A DNA stretch of 41,348 nt from positions 1 through 41,348 of the forward strand of contig JAFDJI010000001.1 in NCBI GenBank assembly GCA_019307545.1, read 5' to 3'. Shown here one piece after another: positions 38,277 through 41,348 of the stretch; position 1 is the stretch's first letter, and every line of letters begins with the position of its first letter. The translations under genes and the position numbers were made by a program. Origin of the DNA: Deltaproteobacteria bacterium (lineage in GTDB: Bacteria > Myxococcota_A > UBA796 > GCA-2862545). Under the pieces are notes generated by a model. It worked only from the letters and a program-made list of their open reading frames with translations. It had not been told where the DNA came from and did not search any database.

Positions 38277-39956
38277 ATGGGCAGAACCTACGAGGACATG
38301 GTGAGCGGAGACCACCTCGACCCCACGTCGGCTTCCGAGGACCCCCTCGTCGGGAAGCTTCTCGATCGATACCGGATCCTCGGTCTGATCGCTCGCGGCG
38401 GTATGGGGCGGGTCTACCGCGCCCATCAGGAGAACCTGGAGCGGGTCGTCGCGCTGAAAACCCTCGACGCACAGGCTGGCGGCGACGAGGACGAATTCCG
38501 GCAGCGCTTCTCCCTCGAGGCATCCCTCTGCGCCAAGCTCAGTCACCCCAACACCGTCCGCATCTTCGACTACGGGACCACCGACGAGGGTGTCTGCTAC
38601 ATCGCCATGGAGTTCCTCGAGGGGCGGTCACTACACCAGGTCATCAAGGAGGAGGCGCCCTTCGAGCCTCTCCGCGCCATCCGCCTCGTGAAGCAGATCT
38701 GCGGCTCTCTCGCCGAGGCCCACGATCAGCAGATCGTGCACCGGGACCTCAAGCCGGGGAACATCATCCTGACCTGTCACGGGGAGGAGGGCGAGTTCCC
38801 GAAGGTGTTGGACTTCGGGCTCGTCAAGGCGCTGAACCAGGAGACGGAGGTCACCCAGGCTGGGGCGCTGCTCGGGTCGCCCATGTACATGTCCCCCGAG
38901 CAGGTGCAGAACGAGCCCGTCGACCCACGCACCGACGTCTACTCGTTGGGGGTGATCCTGTTCATCATGCTCACCGGGGAACCCCCCTTCGGTCGTTCCA
39001 ACGCGATGACCATGCTCATGTCCCACCTGACGGCCGAGGTGCCCCGGTTCGCGGAGGTGGCGCCCGACGTCACGCTGCCGGACTGCCTGGAATGGGTGGT
39101 CCGGGTGTGCATGCGCAAGGCGAAGGAGGACCGCTTCGCCAGCATGCGTGAGTTGGCCCGCGCGCTGAAGGCCTGCGAGATGGAGCTGTCCGGGGAGGTC
39201 GAAGAACCCCTCCAGCTAGAACTCGACGACGGCTACGTGGTGTTGCCGGAGTGGATGGACGACCCGAGCGTCACCGGGATGTTGGTCTCGAGTGCGGCTT
39301 TCGGTCCTGCTCGACCCTCTGGGTCAGCGCTGGGTCCGTCCGAACCCCCGACGCTGGTCGAGGCCGGCTCCCCTCCAGGGACCTCGCAGGCGACGCCGAT
39401 TCCCGGCGAACCGGGCAGCGGGCCGCAGCGGCGCCCGGCGTCCCCCCTCGTCGTGGTACTCCTCGTGTTCCTCGGCATTCTGGTCGTCGGGGGGATGGTC
39501 TCGGTGTCCACCATGCTCGCGGTCCGATCCGCCAGCGGGCCGGATCGGGACGTCCCGGAGCCCGAGGATGTGGTACCGATGGTGGTCGAGCCGGAGGCCC
39601 CCGTCGTACCTGCGCTGCGCGAGGTCCTGGTGCGAACCGTGCCCGAGGGGGCACAGGTGGAGCGAGAAGGGGTGTTTCTGGGAGATGCCCCGGTCACGGT
39701 GCGGGTGAAGGAGGGGACCCTGGTGACCCTGCGGGTGTCGGCCGTCGGGTATCAGCCCCGCGAGATCACCGTGGACGGCGGTCAGCCGGAGGTGCCGGTG
39801 TCGCTCCGCGAGACCCCGGAGCCGGCGTCCCGGCCCGCCCCGGTTGTCACTCCACCTCCAGAGCCGGCAGACGAAGCGGAGTCAACCGCCACGGAGAAAC
39901 CGGCGGGCACATGGGGTTCGAGTACCGAAGTCCGGGATCCGTGGGCAGACCCCTGA
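38277..39956 (+). CDS. Ser/Thr protein kinase with a TM segment and an extracytoplasmic PEGA domain (559 aa)
   Basis: GGMGRVYRA, VALKTL, HRDLKPGNIIL, DFGLVK, MYMSPEQ. TM LVVVLLVFLGILVVGGMV. PEGA domain VRTVPEGAQVEREGVFLGDAPV. Confidence 0.9.
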   Translation: MGRTYEDMVSGDHLDPTSASEDPLVGKLLDRYRILGLIARGGMGRVYRAHQENLERVVALKTLDAQAGGDEDEFRQRFSLEASLCAKLSHPNTVRIFDYGTTDEGVCYIAMEFLEGRSLHQVIKEEAPFEPLRAIRLVKQICGSLAEAHDQQIVHRDLKPGNIILTCHGEEGEFPKVLDFGLVKALNQETEVTQAGALLGSPMYMSPEQVQNEPVDPRTDVYSLGVILFIMLTGEPPFGRSNAMTMLMSHLTAEVPRFAEVAPDVTLPDCLEWVVRVCMRKAKEDRFASMRELARALKACEMELSGEVEEPLQLELDDGYVVLPEWMDDPSVTGMLVSSAAFGPARPSGSALGPSEPPTLVEAGSPPGTSQATPIPGEPGSGPQRRPASPLVVVLLVFLGILVVGGMVSVSTMLAVRSASGPDRDVPEPEDVVPMVVEPEAPVVPALREVLVRTVPEGAQVEREGVFLGDAPVTVRVKEGTLVTLRVSAVGYQPREITVDGGQPEVPVSLRETPEPASRPAPVVTPPPEPADEAESTATEKPAGTWGSSTEVRDPWADP

Positions 39957-40711
39957 TGCGGTTCACACTCCTACTGCTCGCGTTGCTCGCCTCCGGCCCG
40001 TCCCTGGCGCAGGAGGAGCCACCGCCGAGTGCCGACGACGCGCGGGCGCGAGAGTTGTTCGAGAATGGGCGCGTCCTGCACGAGGAGGGGCGGTACGAGG
40101 ACGCCATCGCCGCCTGGGAAGAGGGCTACCGGCTCAGCAAGCGCCCGCTGTTCCTCTTCAACATAGGCAATGCTCACGAGAAGCTCGGCGATCTCGGGCT
40201 CGCCATCGAGTACTTCAACCGTTACCGCGCCTTCGCTCCCGAGGAGGAGCGGGTGACCCTGGAGCGGAAGATCCGGGCCCTGGAGGAGCGGCTGGGGGAC
40301 GTGCAGACCGAACCCGAACCCGAACCGGAGCCAGAACCGGTCGTGCCGGAGCCGCTCCCGACCCCCAAGCAACCGCGGGTGACCCCCACTGCCATCGCGG
40401 TGTACGGCGTGGGAATCGCGGGCCTTGGGCTTGGAACGACCTTTGGCCTGATGGCACTGCACGACGGTCGGCAGGCCGAAGATCACTGCGTCTCCACGGG
40501 TGGCGGGTTGGTGTGCGGCGTGGAGGCCGATGAATGGGTGGCGAAGGAGAAGCGGCACGCCCTTCTCGCGGATGCCGGATTCGGCATCGGCGCGGCCTGC
40601 ATCATCGGCACCACCCTGGTCGTGCTGCTCGACGACCCCGGCCCGGTGCGGGTCGGCCCGCTGCCCCTCTCGGAGGGGGGCGGGGTGCTCCTCGGAGGAT
40701 CGTTCCGATGA
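39956..40711 (+). CDS. secreted/membrane TPR-like protein with an (EP)5 linker and two C-terminal TM segments (251 aa)
   Basis: The ATG shares one base with the kinase TGA (TGATG). Signal peptide MRFTLLLLALLASGPSLA. TPR-like YEDAIAAWEEGYRLSKRPLFLFNIGNAHEKLGDLGLAIEYF. Confidence 0.7.
   Translation: MRFTLLLLALLASGPSLAQEEPPPSADDARARELFENGRVLHEEGRYEDAIAAWEEGYRLSKRPLFLFNIGNAHEKLGDLGLAIEYFNRYRAFAPEEERVTLERKIRALEERLGDVQTEPEPEPEPEPVVPEPLPTPKQPRVTPTAIAVYGVGIAGLGLGTTFGLMALHDGRQAEDHCVSTGGGLVCGVEADEWVAKEKRHALLADAGFGIGAACIIGTTLVVLLDDPGPVRVGPLPLSEGGGVLLGGSFR
40310..40339 (+). repeat. five GARCCN units encoding (EP)5
   Basis: Direct reading of gaacccgaacccgaaccggagccagaaccg. Confidence 0.9.
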
Positions 40712-41348
40712 GGACCGGAGCCCTGCTCACCTGGTGGATCGCCCTTCCCGCGTGCTCTCTGACCACGCTCGACTACACCGAGTGCACCGGAAACGCGTTG
40801 TGTCGCGACGCCTTCGGCCTGGGCTCGGTCTGTGGACAGGAGGGGTTTTGCGAGGGGGCCGAGGCCAATCTCCGCTGCGACGAGACCACGCCCCCCGACC
40901 TCCTCACCCGCCCCGAGGACCACCCCGACGTCATCGTGTTCGGCAGCCTGGTGGACCGTGCCTTCGACGTACCGGTGGAACGCGCCTTCCAGCTTGCCGT
41001 GGTGCAGGTCAACCAGTCGGGCGGCTTGGAGCAGAGCGAGTTCGGTCTGGTGGCGTGCAACTACGAAGAGGACAGCGAGATCGACTCCTTCACCCAGGAG
41101 GAGGCAGCGCTGGACATCGCCGCCTACCTGGTGGACGTCCTCGGGGCGCCGCTGCTGCTGGGGCCGTCGACCTCGGGCCTCACGGGTGTGGTCTGGGAAG
41201 AGGTCAACACCAGCGGGGTGGTGGTGATCTCGCCGTCGGCGACCAGCCCGGCCCTTACCTACATCGATGGTTTGGAGAAGTCGGACGAGAACCCCGGGAC
41301 CCTGTGGCGCACGGCACCTCCCGACTCCCTCCAGGGCCGTGCCATCGC
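40708..41348 (+). CDS. lipoprotein, type-1 periplasmic binding fold (LivK-like ABC substrate-binding protein); 5' part, runs off the window
   Basis: ATGA overlap with the preceding gene. Lipobox ALPAC. A Cys-rich N-terminal insert, then VIVFGSL...AFQLAVVQVNQSGG...LLLGPSTSG...VVISPSATSPALT. No stop before the window end. Confidence 0.75.
   Translation, partial: MRTGALLTWWIALPACSLTTLDYTECTGNALCRDAFGLGSVCGQEGFCEGAEANLRCDETTPPDLLTRPEDHPDVIVFGSLVDRAFDVPVERAFQLAVVQVNQSGGLEQSEFGLVACNYEEDSEIDSFTQEEAALDIAAYLVDVLGAPLLLGPSTSGLTGVVWEEVNTSGVVVISPSATSPALTYIDGLEKSDENPGTLWRTAPPDSLQGRAI

Overview
This is a G+C-rich (roughly two-thirds by eye), densely coding bacterial chromosomal window. About 50 protein-coding genes are supportable. 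Many sit in tight operons with 4-nt ATGA/GTGA/TTGA start-stop overlaps. I saw no rRNA, tRNA, CRISPR array, transposase, integrase or phage-like block.

Recognisable housekeeping genes:
- ruvC-ruvA-ruvB
- lpxC
- dapA-dapB
- pgi-malQ, preceded by an arginase-fold gene
- a YebC-family regulator
- a RumA/RlmD-type RNA methyltransferase
- an RluA/TruC-type pseudouridine synthase
- an M50 site-2 protease
- an EEP-family nuclease/phosphatase
- a HAD-IB hydrolase
- two other SAM-dependent methyltransferases
- an APH-type kinase

Two PEGA-domain Ser/Thr kinases, many lipobox lipoproteins and TPR envelope proteins give the window a Myxococcota-like flavour. That taxonomic call is inference only.

Candidates worth follow-up:
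1. A translationally coupled three-gene module of unrecognisable proteins at 2461-3994, divergent from an unusually long class V aminotransferase.
2. A conserved-looking gene whose reading frame switches inside a C6-GGA-C5 tract at about 13491-13504.
3. A coupled Ser/Thr kinase, TPR membrane protein and LivK-like lipoprotein module at 38277-41348.
4. An overlap-coupled arginase-fold/pgi/malQ operon.

All family calls come from reading motifs in the supplied translations. No database search was run. The many long antisense or out-of-frame ORFs in the track are treated as high-GC artefacts.
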